A program made the position numbers and the translations under genes. The notes below the pieces were generated by a model. The model was not told the DNA's origin and made no database searches. It was given only the letters and a program-made list of their open reading frames with translations. A DNA stretch of 64,000 bases. Origin: Hypanus sabinus (taxonomy: Eukaryota). The stretch spans positions 56,978,001 to 57,042,000 of the forward strand of contig NC_082719.1 in the NCBI RefSeq assembly GCF_030144855.1. Reading direction: 5' to 3'. This document shows, piece after piece, positions 36,760-50,234 of the stretch. Within the stretch, counting starts at the first letter, position 1. The number at the start of each line of letters is the position of its first letter.

Positions 36760-37890
36760 TATTGTATGGGTGGAACTGACTACATAAGTGCCTGCAGACA
36801 TTGTTAGAGAAAGGAAAGTATGAGAAGACTGTTGGGTAGCCTGTGATTGTTCAATGTAGATGTTAAATGTAAAAATAGTTAGATGAATCCTTTAAAAAAA
36901 AGCAGAAAGTGTGTAAAATTTAAAAGATACAAAGAACAAGCAAAGGATAATAGTGTCTACACCTGTCTTTTAAAAAGAAACAATTAGCACTGAAGTCTGA
37001 AGATGAACTAGATGCTATACCCCTGCCTTCCCCAAGCATGGCTTCAACAAAGCCCACAGCAAGTACTGCCTCTTGAGTACTTGGTAAGGCCGGCATCAGC
37101 TAACACCCTGCCACAGGTAGTGGGTTCCCAGTAACACTACGAGAGATGAGAGGCTGAAAGTGCAGAGGGAATGAGTGAAATGTTGATTTAAATGTACTTT
37201 GAACTGATCTAGTAGGGGCTCTCAGAAAATGTTTCCCTTGCACTGTTGATTGGCATTTTGACAAGAAACAATGATGTCTTAATAAATGCTCTTGTAAATA
37301 AGTTGCAACTTAGGTTAAAGCAAAAACATACTGTTACTTTTGTGAGATGAGAGAGTTAAGTAAAATTGAGAGTAGTTTACAATATTGCCAAAAGCAATTA
37401 CGACATCAAAGGATTAAAAGGATGAAAGGGGAATGATGACATAATATCCCGGGCTACTCAATTATAGACAGGGGGCAATTTACGCTATGCTCTATAAGTA
37501 TTGCGATATCTGCACTATACAATTTTAATATTATTTTTACTTATAGCTTTGTTTTGTATTTAACCAAACTGACGGGGGCTATTTTTGGCTAATCATTGCC
37601 AGATTAGCTTCTCCTTAAAATTTCACTGTAAACTTTGGTTTTACCATGACCTGCTTTTCACACATGTGGATCATGTGACCCACTTCTGACTGGTAGCTTT
37701 ATTTTGAACAGCATAGACACATTTTAGATACTGCTATTATAAATGCACAATTTTATAGTTCTTTGATTCACATCATCAACACATAGAAATGTGATGGTGG
37801 ACACTGTAGAATAAAACATAGGGATATCTACAAAGGGTATGTTTTTGTTTGTGGACAGCCTGGCCACTGGGCTTGAAGATGCCCTCAGAC
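36760..37890 (+). pseudogene. gag: ERV gag remnant
   Basis: Only the NC knuckle is clear: C-F-V-C-G-Q-P-G-H-W-A-*-R-C-P at ~37840-37885 with one extra T. The 5' boundary is a guess. Confidence 0.55.
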
Positions 37891-38189
37891 CAAGGAAACT
37901 TTAATAACAGATTCCACACCTCCACTAACACCAGCGCCATAGATAACGCAATTTACTTTAAATAATCCGTTCCCAGAGTGTACTTAAGAACTTGTACAAT
38001 TTTAATTTTGCCCACGGCACCTGATGTAAGCCTATACATTATGTTCTTTGGCCTTTTCTCCTGAACAGATACTGGGAAACATCCTACAGAATATGTGGTA
38101 CTCATTTAGTAATTGAGGCACAACTACCCTCCCAAACAAGAGAAAAACTGCAGATGCTGGAAATCCAAGCAACACATACAAACTGATTA

Positions 38190-39420
38190 TTGTTACAGCA
38201 CATGATAAAGGATTATTATGGAAACTACATGGGTTTCTCATCTCTTCAGAGTTCCAATAAACTACAGTGAATTAAGTATGAACCTTCTCTGCTTTTCAAT
38301 TACTGCAATTATTATAAACTATACAACTCATAGTAATGGAAAGGATGAAATAACTAGGGCAAACAAACAAGCTGACTCCTTTGCTAAGGCAGCAACAGCA
38401 GAACTTTATGACCATGTAACTCTCCAGTGTGATCAGGCTGGCAATACTTTCCAAATTCTTTGATGAACAGGTACAATTTCCACCGGCTGAAAATACTTTA
38501 TGGACTAAAGCACATTATGTGGAAGGCTACAAAGGATGATGGATAAAATTAAAATGACGGGCTCTTGACCATAGAACAAAAAGTAGCAATGAACAATATG
38601 ATTTGTTAGAGACACAAGAGCGAAGAACACTGCTGGTATCTGCTGCCTTGAGGCCCCACCCTCAGGAGGATAGGAGTGCATCTCCAATTTCTGCAATTAT
38701 CTAGATGTATGGGTTATGATTATGCATTTGTTATTGTGTTTGTTATCTTCATGGGCAAAAGATTATCCAACTCAGAGAAATGATGCTGTAACTTCATAAT
38801 TTTTTTACTATGAAAATTTATTCCTCAGTTTAGGATCCTGGAGAAAATCTCCAGTGATAACGGGCTTCACTTTACAGGTAAATTGGCAAAAGCCTTACAG
38901 TGTAAACACCATTTCACCTGCCCTTATTACCCTCAATCTTGCAGGGCAGCTGAAAGACAGAACGGGTCCCTGAAAAGCAGGTTAGCTAAACTGAGCAATG
39001 AAACCAAGCTGAAGTGACCAGAGGTGCTTCCACTGGCCCTCATAACAATTCACTACCCTCCAAACTGCATAACAGACCTATCTCCACATGCGATGTTTCT
39101 GGGACTTCCCGTACATTTACCAGTCACTCCCCTTTTTAATTAAACAGTTGGACTCTATACAAGTGAATGCATGTTGCAGTACTGTACAACACTAACACAA
39201 GCTCTTAAACGTTCCCATGGACAGAAACTTGAAGCCTAGAAGATCGTGCTGGCTGCAGAGTGCACACATACCATCGAGGAGATTAGGCACTGATAAAAGC
39301 CTATGGTCAAAAGAATTTCATGGAGCCCCACTGGGAAGGTCTATTCCAAGTGCTGCTGATCACATATACTGCTTTGAAGGTCTAAAGAAAGCCATCGTAG
39401 ATGGACACATTGCTTTGTTA
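38190..39420 (+). pseudogene. pol: ERV pol remnant: RNase H C-terminus and integrase
   Basis: AHDKGLLWKLHGFL; AIII..H...DEITRANKQADSFAKAA; FIPQFRILEKISSDNGLHFTG; CPYYPQSCRAAERQNGSLKSRLAKL..ETKLK*PEVLPLAL; EPHWEGLFQVLLITYTALK. Confidence 0.88.
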
Positions 39421-39529
39421 AGCCAGAGATGCTACCGGACTAGGGAACAGGTGGCCCAAACAACCTTGATGATAGGGACTAATTAGCCGAATTTGATCAT
39501 TGTTACTTTGACCTTAAGTGATCACTATG

Positions 39530-40935
39530 CATTATGCTTCAGAAATTTGGTGCTTCTGCCTTTTGGCTAAGTACAGAATTACTTCATGGCACCAACACTC
39601 CTAACACTTTATTTTAGTTATGAATATGTGTTGTGTTCTATCCTTTCAAGTCCTAGGGGGCCTAGAGAAGGAGGCTTGCCATAGCATTTCTACCCCTGAA
39701 AGGTGGTGAGTTTGATTTGTTTTTTTAATTTGAAAAATGAAACCGAAACTGTAAAGGGAGCAGGGAAGTGCATTGCCCATAGGAATGAAATGGCAATGCA
39801 ACTTTTTTGAGGAATGGTATCAACCGAGCTACAATTATTGCATAATCCCCCTGCTCTGAAGCTGATTTGTGGGGATAGAGGTGAAGTATGTTATTGTAAC
39901 CATCAAGAGATGGGACCAGACTTGGGTAACTGTAGTATGTACAGTGCCTATACCAGTGGTGACCCTCTGAATCCTGTAAACAATATTTACTGGGGGTATG
40001 TGGCTACCAGGGGTACACTTTCTAAAATGGGATCAAATCCCATTTGGCCTATGTAAGGCCATAGATGTACACCTGCTTACTCTCTTTCTGCATCTTACTA
40101 CATGGGGCTGCTATCAAAGGACTATGGAGATTGCACTTTTCTAGATTGTAGTGTTCTCTTCTAGGAACCTCCCAGGCTGGCTAGTGAAAGCATTAACGTG
40201 GCCTCAGCACCACTGCAGAAACCGACTACCAATTAGGCTATTAATCACATTTTTTCTGGAAAAAGATCACTGCAATTAATAGCCTGTAACTTCCCTTTTG
40301 GTGTTGAGATTTTGAATCGCCTGTATGACCTGACATTTTTGCGGAGTGAACTGAAGTTTCAAAGACGCAGGATGGTTGTGGCATGGCTTGTACAGGCCAT
40401 ATCAAGATGTCAGGGCCAAGGCCCGATCATGAGGAGTGAGCCAATGCTTGGCTATTGCTGGAGAGACTTGGAGTTCATTTGAAGTGGCAGAACAGAGGTG
40501 AGGTAAGCCAGTCCATCAGTGATATTACTGTCAAAATGTTGGCAATCTGCTCTATGGCCCTACAAAAATCAACTAGCACCAGACTTTTTGTTGTCTAAAA
40601 GATGGTACTTGTGCCATTATTCAAAAGTGTGTTGCACGTACATCCCCAAAACACTGAAGAACATTACTGATTTAGCTGTGCATACCCAGCTGGAAGCTCT
40701 TAAGTTTAGGAAGACTGGACAGGAGTAACATGTGTTTCTATCTTCACCATGGGGACCATTTAGTTGATATCACTCTTTATTAGTAGCTGTAATATTCATT
40801 TTATTCTCTTGTCTGAGATCTCTCTGGAGCAGTGGCCCAGAGAGCAGTTGTCTTCATCATGATCAAACAGCCAACTGTCCCTGATGAAACCATCACAAAG
40901 TTTCAGACACTCTGTGCTATTGAAGTTCAGTAGAA
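39530..40935 (+). pseudogene. env: ERV env remnant (gamma-type TM)
   Basis: At ~40554-40648, across frameshifts: MALQ-NQLAPDFLLSK-DGTCAIIQK-CCTYIP (immunosuppressive domain and CX6CC). Hydrophobic anchor at ~40765-40815. Confidence 0.8.
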
Positions 40936-40967
40936 TTTGTGTTGTCCTCTATAGGACAAAAAGGGAG

Positions 40968-41458
40968 TGTGCACGTTGCAGTAAAGCAAGGGTTAACTTA
41001 TTATCCAGGTAAGGATAGAATGAAAATGGAGTGCAGACAGCCCAAGCAAGAAAGGTCTTTGAATAGCATAGCTTCCCTTTGCATATGAGAGGTCTGGAGG
41101 TGAGCTGAACAATCCAAGGTACACAAAACAAACAAAGGGACAATTGCTTCAACTAACTTCAAAGTATCATCGGTTGTCAGCTTGTAGTTTCTATTGAGTT
41201 TAGCACTTCTGTTGTTAATGGTGATTGACCATGCAAGCAAGGAGTTCCAACATACTCAATTTACCAAATAGTCAATATCCATAACTGATAAGCTAGTTCT
41301 GTATAAAAAAAATAACATTTTTTGTTCTGTTCAGACTTCAGAACGGTACTGTGACAGGGGCCATGCTGCTCTCCTTGAGTACAAGGAAAATAAAGTAGGT
41401 TTGAGTTGTAAGCATTTGTGTGTTTTGGGCCCAGTTATTTCATTTGTCAGCAATGACA
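40968..41458 (+). repeat. ERV 3' LTR (491 bp) preceded by PPT
   Basis: Purine tract aggacaaaaagggag then TGTG...; TATAAAA at ~41302; AATAAA at ~41389; ends ...tgaCA. Confidence 0.87.
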
Positions 41459-42473
41459 GGGGAAGGAAGTCAACAGTTGGAGAGAACAAAAGCATGACAG
41501 GTTGTAAGAGGCAAATTTCAAAATGAACAGAGGTCTTCTTGGCATTGTTCAGGAACCATCTTCAAGCCTTTCATTATCTAACACCTTTTGGGGCAGTGAC
41601 ATTGATGATTGGAACAGATAGGAAATATAGAACATATTGCCATCGAGGTATGAGGGATTATACCAATATGTTTAAACTGCTCATTTTCATATCCATTTTA
41701 AATCATTTTAACACGTCCATAGGAGAATCTATAGAAATACGCAAAGTATTGTGAACTGATTTGGTCAGGCAAATGGGAACAAAAAATTAAAAAATTCCAG
41801 AAGGTAAACTGAACAACTTGATTTTTTTTCCCCAAGATTGACAGTTATATGAATCCTAAGCAATAGGACAGAACAATTTTGAAATTAAGCTTGACAATTT
41901 AAAATGTATACCCAGATATTGAACTTATGGCCACAAGTCCAATGACTGCACAATATCTGGGCATCATTTTTTAAAATTGTAAAATGTGTACTATCACAAA
42001 TAGAACAATAAAGTTGATATATCCCCATTTCAGAAATTGTTATTGTGATTTACTCCCTTGAAGGGATGTTAAAGGCTGATTTGCAAATTTCTGAGCTATT
42101 GCTATTGGCTGGTCTCATGGTAACAAACATTCATACATCAACCTATGGGAAATGCATCAGTTGTAATAAATCTTTTATATCCAAATTTGTGAACTCCATC
42201 CATCCCAAACTTCATTTTTGATTGTGAGCCAAGAGAAATATGTCTTCCCTATTTTTCCTATTTGGGCCCATCATAAATTTGTTCACTTCAAGTCATCGAT
42301 TAGTAACTGCTTTTTCAAAATAACAATCCAGTCTATCCAATTTTTATTTATTGCTACTATTTGAAGTCTTAGTGACACTGTTGCAAATTTAACCAGTACC
42401 CTTCGTGTAATATGGCAATTAGAACTATATAATCATACTCACTAAAGTGTAGTATACACTTCTAGTATATTTG

Positions 42474-42700
42474 TTTATTTAGAGATACAACATGGAGTAG
42501 GCCCTTCTAGCCATTCGAGCCACACCACCTAGCAACCCCGATTTAACCTTAGACTAATCACGGGACCAATTAACCTACTAACCTACAGTATGTCTTTGGA
42601 CTGTGGGAGGAAACTGGAGCACCTGGGGAAAACCCATACATTCCACAGGGAAGATGTACAAGCTTGCTATGGGGGATGCTGGGATTGAACTCCAATCTCC
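42474..42700 (-). mobile_element. V-SINE (HE1-like)
   Basis: Homologous to 4408-4700 and 29529-29800. Confidence 0.7.
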
Positions 42701-42704
42701 AAAC

Positions 42705-43990
42705 TGCACAAGATCATCTAGCTTATTCTGAATATTGTGTACATTCAAATATAAAACTTTCAGCCGTGTATTCATCACCTTTTTTGATTTTGCTCCCATG
42801 TTACACTTCAACTTATCCTACCGACTGCAATTCTATCCAATCATCGACCTGTCCTTCCTCACAGTCTCACTACACACTGCATTGATTTACATAACAACTG
42901 CCCCATCTTCAGCCCTATCACTCTAGTTCCCATCACCTGTCCAAACAGTTGAAATGTTTTCCAACAGCTCCAGCAAACCTGTCCAAAAGAACCCCTTGGG
43001 TTCAGGTGTAACATGTCCTTTTTGTACAGGGCTTACCTTCTGAAAATCGGAAACATTGCTATCTGCACCAGTTCCTTGCCTGCTCATTCATCTGTACTAT
43101 TATCCTATTCCTGCTCTGACTAGCACATGGCATTGGGAGATCCTGTTCTTCTGCTTCTTCTTCAACTCCCTTCATTCACTGTGCAGTATCTCTTCCCCCT
43201 TTCAACCTATGTCATTGGTGCCAATGGGCAGCACACCCTCTGGTTGCTCACCCTCCCTTCTGCAGCCACTCTGACACATCCTTAATCCTCGTATCTGGGA
43301 GGCAACACATTATCTTGGTCTCCTGTCCATCCCCCTAACTCTCAAGTCTCTTATCACCATTGCTGGAATTGATTTTACCCTTTTCTGTTGAGCCTCCAAG
43401 CCAGCTACAGTGCCACTGTCCTGGTTGCTGCTGCTGTGCCCTGTGGGCATCCCTCCAGCACTCTCCAAATGGGTATATATGTTGCTGAGAGGAATGGCTA
43501 ATGTGATCCCTGACTAACTGCTTACTCCCCTTCCTTCTCCTGGTGGTCACCCATCTACTATCTGAAGCCTGCACTCTGGGTGTGACCACCTCAGTAAAGG
43601 TCTCATCTATGAGGATTTTGGCCCCTCCATATAGTCGTGAGTTCATCCAGTTCGAACTCCAGTTCCTTGACCTTGTCAATCAGGAACTGAAGTTGGGTGC
43701 ACTTCCTGAAGATGTAGTCATCATGGAAACAGTTGTGCTAAAATCTAACACTGGCCCAATCCAACAATAGCTTCTCCACTTACACCTCCCTTCTTTTTAT
43801 TGGCTCAAATAAGACTCACTCTCGACGAGGTTTACTGTTTTCAAATGGCTCCTGCCCTCCAAGATGTCACCTCTCTCACTTGCTACTTCAAACAGTGACA
43901 TATTCCTAAAGATACTTGGTTTTCAAATGGCTCTTGACCTGTAAAATGCTGCTTTCTCCCTCAATACTTCAAACAAGTTTGCAGTGAACT
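42705..43990 (-). mobile_element. CR1 LINE 5' portion (5' UTR, ORF1, start of ORF2), degraded
   Basis: Minus strand gives KCTQLQFLIDKVKELEFELDEL, TFTEVVTPRVQ..RWVTTRR, CCLPD(T)R and LKVLYLNVHNIQNK (APE start). Confidence 0.75.
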
Positions 43991-44519
43991 TTTGATGATA
44001 ACAATTACAGTATTTTCAGAGACATTTGATGGATTCTACAATGAGCTTGCATACAGACAGAATCTAAAGCTAAATATACTTCAGAAAACTTCTGGGTAGG
44101 AGTTTTGTTTCAACTTCCATTCTTAACATATTAATTGAGGGATTGCCAGTTAAATAGCTGACTTGAGATATGGACGGGATGATGTGGGTGGAGCAGGGCA
44201 GAAAGACTGCAGTGTAAATAGTTGGAAGCAGTGATGTCATTGAAAACAATGAACCAAGTATCCAGATGCAGTGCTGCAGAAACTTATCATTTGGCTTAAC
44301 AGATTCATTTCAGTGTTTAAGCTCCACATGACCTCCCCAACACTCTTCAATGACACTTTTTAAAAAGTCCTTTCTCTGTTGTGCTCAGCCAGGTTCTCCT
44401 TATCCTTAGATATGTGGATTTTGAGCCAATCCAAGTGTTAGATCCGTGAACTATGAGAAGTATGCTTTTTAAACGGAAAGTTCAGGAAGATAGCCAGTGG
44501 GGATGGGGTGCCTTTTTTG

Positions 44520-45095
44520 TTAAAAAAATGAATTCGAGTCCTTAGAGAGAAGTGACAAACGATCAGAAAATGTAGAATTCTTGTAAATAGATTTAAGAAA
44601 CTTTAAGGGTAAAAAAACCCTGATGCATGTTATATACAGGTCACTAAAGAGTAGCCAGCATGTGGGGTACACCAACAGGGCATTGTTATGATAGTAATGG
44701 GGAACTTTAGGTCGATCTTGGATCCCAAAGATGGAATTTGTGGAATGCCTATGAGATGGCTTTTTAGAGTAGCTTGTGCTTGCGCACACTGGGGTAAGAC
44801 AATTCTAGATTGAGTGCTGTATAATAAACCAGATTTGATTAAGTGGTTTAAGTCAACGGAACCTTTATGATCATAATGTGATAGGATTCACCTTGCAGTT
44901 TGAGAGGAAAATGCTAAAAGCAGATGTTTGATGAAAACGAGAATCAGCGGATGTTGTTTAGTTGGATTTTCAGAATACCTTTGACATGGTGGCACATGTG
45001 AGTCTATTTAACAAAGTAAAAACCCAAGTTTTTTCAGTAAAGACAGAAGACTGGCTGACTGGCAGGAGACATGGAGTAAGAATAAAGGGGGCTGA
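44520..45095 (+). mobile_element. CR1 LINE fragments (APE and RT, internally deleted)
   Basis: IVMGNF; ILD*VL; YLDFQKAFD-like ttggattttcagaatacctttgac. Confidence 0.6.
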
Positions 45096-48000
45096 CGGTT
45101 ACTAGATGGCAAGTTTGAAGAATTGCACAACAAATTGTTCTAGTACATGTTAAGATCACCACTTTATGTTACACTGCAATTACAGGCTGTTGATGGTGAT
45201 GGGAGCAAATCTTCTGGGTGCTCAGTGGGTTCCCCATCAGGCAGTTTGCTTTGCTCTGGATGGGACATGAGTGATGTTTTAATGTCACTAATACAAAATT
45301 AATCTATGTATAAAATATCCAAAAATGACATAGATCAGTCACTGAGTTGAGCAGAGAGGCTACTCTCTCAATTGAGAAAGAAAACAAACTAACCTTGTCT
45401 ACTACTAGAAAGAGCACAGGTTTGTTATTTTGACAGCACAGACCAACCCCCTACTACAATCTCCACGCATATCCTCTTTACAGTTAATGTTGCCTAAGCT
45501 TCAGAATGTATACTTTGACACCCCACTATCATTTATCTATTACTACTCTCACTGCTCTGCAGTGTGAGCACTTTAAACCACTTTTATAATGCCGCTTACA
45601 TTGTAAATACATGATGCCATTTATGTATTATGCTCATTTTATTCTATATGAGCTTTAACATCTAACTTTATTTTCATATAATGCTTTATTCCTTATAATT
45701 GTTGAATGCTGCTGCTGTTGTTGCATGTCACACCCTGACTAACACAACACAGAGGATTTCTAATACATGTGAATGTACTTGGTGAATAAAGTTGATTCTT
45801 GATCCATCCTACCACCCTCTTATCTGAACCTTCCTCATTTTATCCAATAAGAGTCTCCACCTCCCAGATTCTCCTTTCACCACCCATGTTCCTTAATGTC
45901 AGCTTTCCCTTGCTATTGCTTCTTCTTTAGATCATTAACCTAAACAGGCAGAACTTTTTGAGAGCACTTGGATTCTTCATGATTCCCATGGCAATACTCT
46001 GAAGTACAAGTCAAGATTGTGTACTCAATTCATGGAACTTGAATCTTTCAGACTCAGAAGCAGAGAACAAGACACAAACCAATTCTTCACACTAAGATTT
46101 GGAAGACAAGCATGTTAGGTACTCCAATGAAATTAGTTGGAGATTCATGTCAAGAGTCAGCAGAGACATAATAGGACTCATTAGTTTCTTCCATAATTCA
46201 ATAACTTAGGTGAATGTCTGAAAGAGAAAATAAACATCTGCCTTCAGCAGTACCATTTTTAAAAATTTGATGCCACTTTTTTGTCAGCTTAAAACTAGAG
46301 GACCTCTCTCTGAAATTAATGTGTAGGAGCTGTTGCTGAATTACTGGAACTATAATAACAACTATTTTCTTTAGTTAAGGGAAGCTGTTTTCTGTAAGTA
46401 CTGTATTTCAGGTAAGAAATCAAACCAATGGCTCTCAAAACTCACTTAAATAGAAATGAAATAGATTCTGTGGCACCATCTTAAGAAAATCAAAGTTCTT
46501 CTGAAATCTTCTGAGAAGATGTTCTCTTCAAACAGATCCATAAAAAAGATTAAATGGTCATTCATTTCATCAGTGGAAAACTACCTTTTCAGTAATTGTG
46601 GTGCACTTGTATTGATAAGGGGGGAGATGTTCTGTCCTATTGGCCATAATAATGCTGAGACTAGCCAAATATCCACTTGGACGTTCTGCTTTCCAGCAAC
46701 AACATTGGCTTCAGTAGTGAAATCCCAACCAGCAACCATGGAGTCCAACAAGGCAACGTGATTGTCCATAGGTGTCATTGCTCTCAGACTGGGAATCTGA
46801 CTGAGTATGTCAAGTTAAAGCTGTCACAAACAAAGGAATTCCCATTCAAATAAATTGGAGGTAATGGCTCCTGGGTTAAATGTAAGTGGTTATATATTTT
46901 TTAAAATATGTATCTTTATATTAGTTGTTTCAATTAGCTTAGTTGATTGTTGCTTCATAGCCTGATAAAAATAACAAGATTTTTTTAAAACATTCACTGA
47001 CCCTGATTTTATACCAACTGTTTTCACAGAAGATGAGTAATGGCATGGGGCCTCTTCATCACACCACAGTTCTATGAATCCAGTCAACTGCCTGTGCTGA
47101 GAGTGTGGATATGCTGTGCGAGGTCAAGCTGAAGTGCTAGGAGACATGTTCCCAGAACAAATGCGCTGTTTATTTTTCTGGAACAAACAGGAGACAGGGC
47201 GATTGGCCAGTTATTTGGGACTAACAGAAGGTCCATCCCAACAATTCATTGGCACTTCTAATGTAGCTCATGTGGTAGTGCTTTACAACTGCAAAATTAA
47301 ATTATAGATGAATCATGTCAGATTTTATTTTATCCCAGAAAGCATCAAGTGTTACAGATCTTTTTTGTAATTTATTTTTTATTGAAGTTCAAACATTTCC
47401 ATAAGATATATTTCAGATATTGTATATATATCATATAGTCATATTTGCCACAAATCTGCACATAATATTGATCTGAGGTATACACTTATAGAAAAGACCT
47501 CAGTATGACATTAATAAAATGATGCATATTTACTGCCTAGTATTTTCCTAACATATTGAGAATATATTAACTAAATTTATATTTACATTCTATTTAAAAC
47601 TCATCAAGTCCTATCAGTTAACATGGAACTAAGAAATTAATCGGGAAACAAAAACATTGCATCCGATTTGCATGGTGGCCCAATGTGAAATATGTAGGGT
47701 AAACAAAACAGAAGTACAGAGGAGAACAAAAAGTAATGACTAAAAATGGCCAGAGAAATGAATCCTCTGACAATCCTCAGTTATATTTGATGATATGGCT
47801 CCCAGAAAATTATGCAATATAAAAGCTTTATCAGGACTGAAAAGATGAAAAGAGAAGAACACAAAAGCCCAGTTTCAGATGACCCAGGAGAATGGAAGCA
47901 GAGTGAGGCCTGATGGAGACAAAGTGAAGCTTTTGAATAATTTGAAAACAAGGTTAAAAAATACTTCTGGGAATAAAGAACTAATGTAGGCTAGTGGCAT

Positions 48001-49321
48001 AGGGAATATCTTGGGTAAGTATATATTAAAAAAATCATAATGTCAATTATCCGCCCCTAAAGATATATTCCCTCACAATAGTTCTTCTCACACCATAAGC
48101 CTAAGCTCTGTCCTACATTTTCCATTGTGGGGATGTATGCACAATTGATTCATTTAGAACAGCAATCCATTATCCTTCCAAGTTTCTTCTACATCTTTCC
48201 ACACCACTTCATTCATCAATGTGCATCAGCTCTGAGTTTCAATGGACCTTTGCTGCTTCTAGCTTTGAGCTATTAGTAAGTACCTTGTTCTATTCTTTTT
48301 CAACTCAATATGAATAACTTCTCATTTATCACATATACTATCCACTATTCCAAATCAAAAATTAATACATTTATTATTTAATACCTACACTGTCAGAGAT
48401 TTACAAATACAATCCATAGTTACAATGTCAGCACAAATCTCTTTGGGCCAAGACTTGCCAATCTTCCAAATGAGTACCTGCTGAGGAACTGTTTCTCGCT
48501 CAACAAATGTTACATGAACAGCTTAGTATCTTCAGTGTCCCGTGTTTTCATTTCAGTTAATTTCTATTCACCCACTCAAATTTGCCTTTAATTCCACAAT
48601 CTTTCACTTCACCTAATAATTTCTAATTTTCCGAAGGTCCAAACAAGAAACATCTATATGTGTGTCACTCTTTAATACTTTAGAGACCTCTTAAAAGGTT
48701 CAATGTTTATCACATGTCAACTATGCTTTCTTTCATGTAGTCATTCACACCTCCTTTCGTTATAGACTCTTGTACATCCCACCATAGGATAAATGATAGA
48801 TAGTTTCAATCTCGATTTTTCTTCCAAGTCTAAGCAAAGCTCACCAAGCCAGAGAATCTGAAGGATTGTGGTTAGGGCATCTGTAATTGTTTGTACTATT
48901 TTCATTAATTTATTAGGATGAACACAATCTTTCCCTGGGCTTTGTAACTGTAGTTCTAGATTTTCTTCATTACATTACACATGTTTTACACATGTTCTGC
49001 TGTCCCTATTCTTGATTCAGTGTTAGTCTCCTTGGGATGGAAATGAATAGCATGCTTTATTCCTCTTTCCTTCATTGTAAATTTCCAAGCTCAGAGCTTT
49101 AGAGGTCTGACCAAATCAAAGATCAACTTTCAAATCTGAGGGCAAATGGGATTAGCTCATTAGGCAACACAGTTGGCACGGATGAGTTGGACCAAATGGT
49201 CTGTTTCTATGCTGTAGAATTCTATAACACGTTTCCCCTATTTTTTTTTTTCTTGATATTGATCCTTACAAATGTCCTGTCATTTTCCTTTTTTTTTATC
49301 AGCTCTTGCAGCTTGTTTAGT

Positions 49322-49835
49322 CATAGAACCATAGAACATTACAGCACAGAAACAGGCCTTTTGGCCCTTCTTGGCTGTGCCAAACCATTTTTCTGCCTAG
49401 TTCCACTGATCTGAACCTGACCCATATCCTTCCATACACCTCTCATCCATGTACCTGTCCACGTTTCTCTTAAATGTTAAAAGTGACCCTGCATTTACAA
49501 CTTCATCTGGCAGCTTATTCCACACTCCCACCACTCTGTGTGAAGAAGCCCCCCCAATGTTCCCTTTAAACTTTTCCCCCTTCACCCTTAACCCATGTCC
49601 TTTGGCTTTTTTCTCCCCTAGCCTCAGTGGAAAAAGCCTGCTTGCATTCACCCATCATAATTTTATATAGCTTTATCAAATCTCCGCTCATTCTTCTATG
49701 CTCCAGGGAATAAAGTCCTAACCTATTCAACCTTTCTCTGTAACTCAGTTTCTCAAGACCTGGCAACATCCTTGTAAACCTTCTCTGAACTCTTTCAACT
49801 TTATTAATATCCTTCTTGTAATTCGGTGACCAAAT
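49322..49835 (-). mobile_element. CR1 LINE 3' end
   Basis: MLPGLEKLSYRERLNRLGLYSLEHRRMSGDLI, WNKLPDEVV; (catagaa)n tail. Confidence 0.88.
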
Positions 49836-50234
49836 CTTTTACCTTTCATCTTTTGTCACTCATGGTATTTCGTTCAAACACCAGGACTGGTATTATTTTT
49901 CGCCATTTACATGCTTTTTCTTTCATTTGCATGTTGTCTCCACCTTAATCATCCATGGCTGATTTATTTTGGCAGTGGAGCTCTTTTTCGTAAGGAAGAA
50001 TAGTTAGCTCTGCATCAAATTAAATTATTTTAAGTACCTTTAAATGATCTTACCTTCACTCAACCATTCACAAATATGCATGTTTACTGTGGATAATTTT
50101 ATATTCATCCCAAGGAGGTCAACCTTCTGAATCAAGAATTTTCCCTTTTTTTGTTTTTAAGAAAATACAGACAACCAAGTTGCATTACTGTATCAGATAA
50201 ATATCTATACACTGCAGACTTAACCAATTGAATT

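Larger units (their letters stand above)
34364..41458 (+). mobile_element. Ancient class I (gamma/epsilon-like) endogenous retrovirus, internally deleted
   Basis: Two diverged direct LTRs, TG start and CA end, GGGG on both flanks (34360-34363 / 41459-41462), PBS, NC knuckle, RNase H, IN, env TM motifs and PPT in retroviral order. Confidence 0.88.

Noticed and set aside
46581-46822. Exon-like minus-strand segment with AG/GT boundaries
   Set aside because: All three frames stop shortly after the best acceptor, and the 65-aa ORF resembles nothing I recognise.
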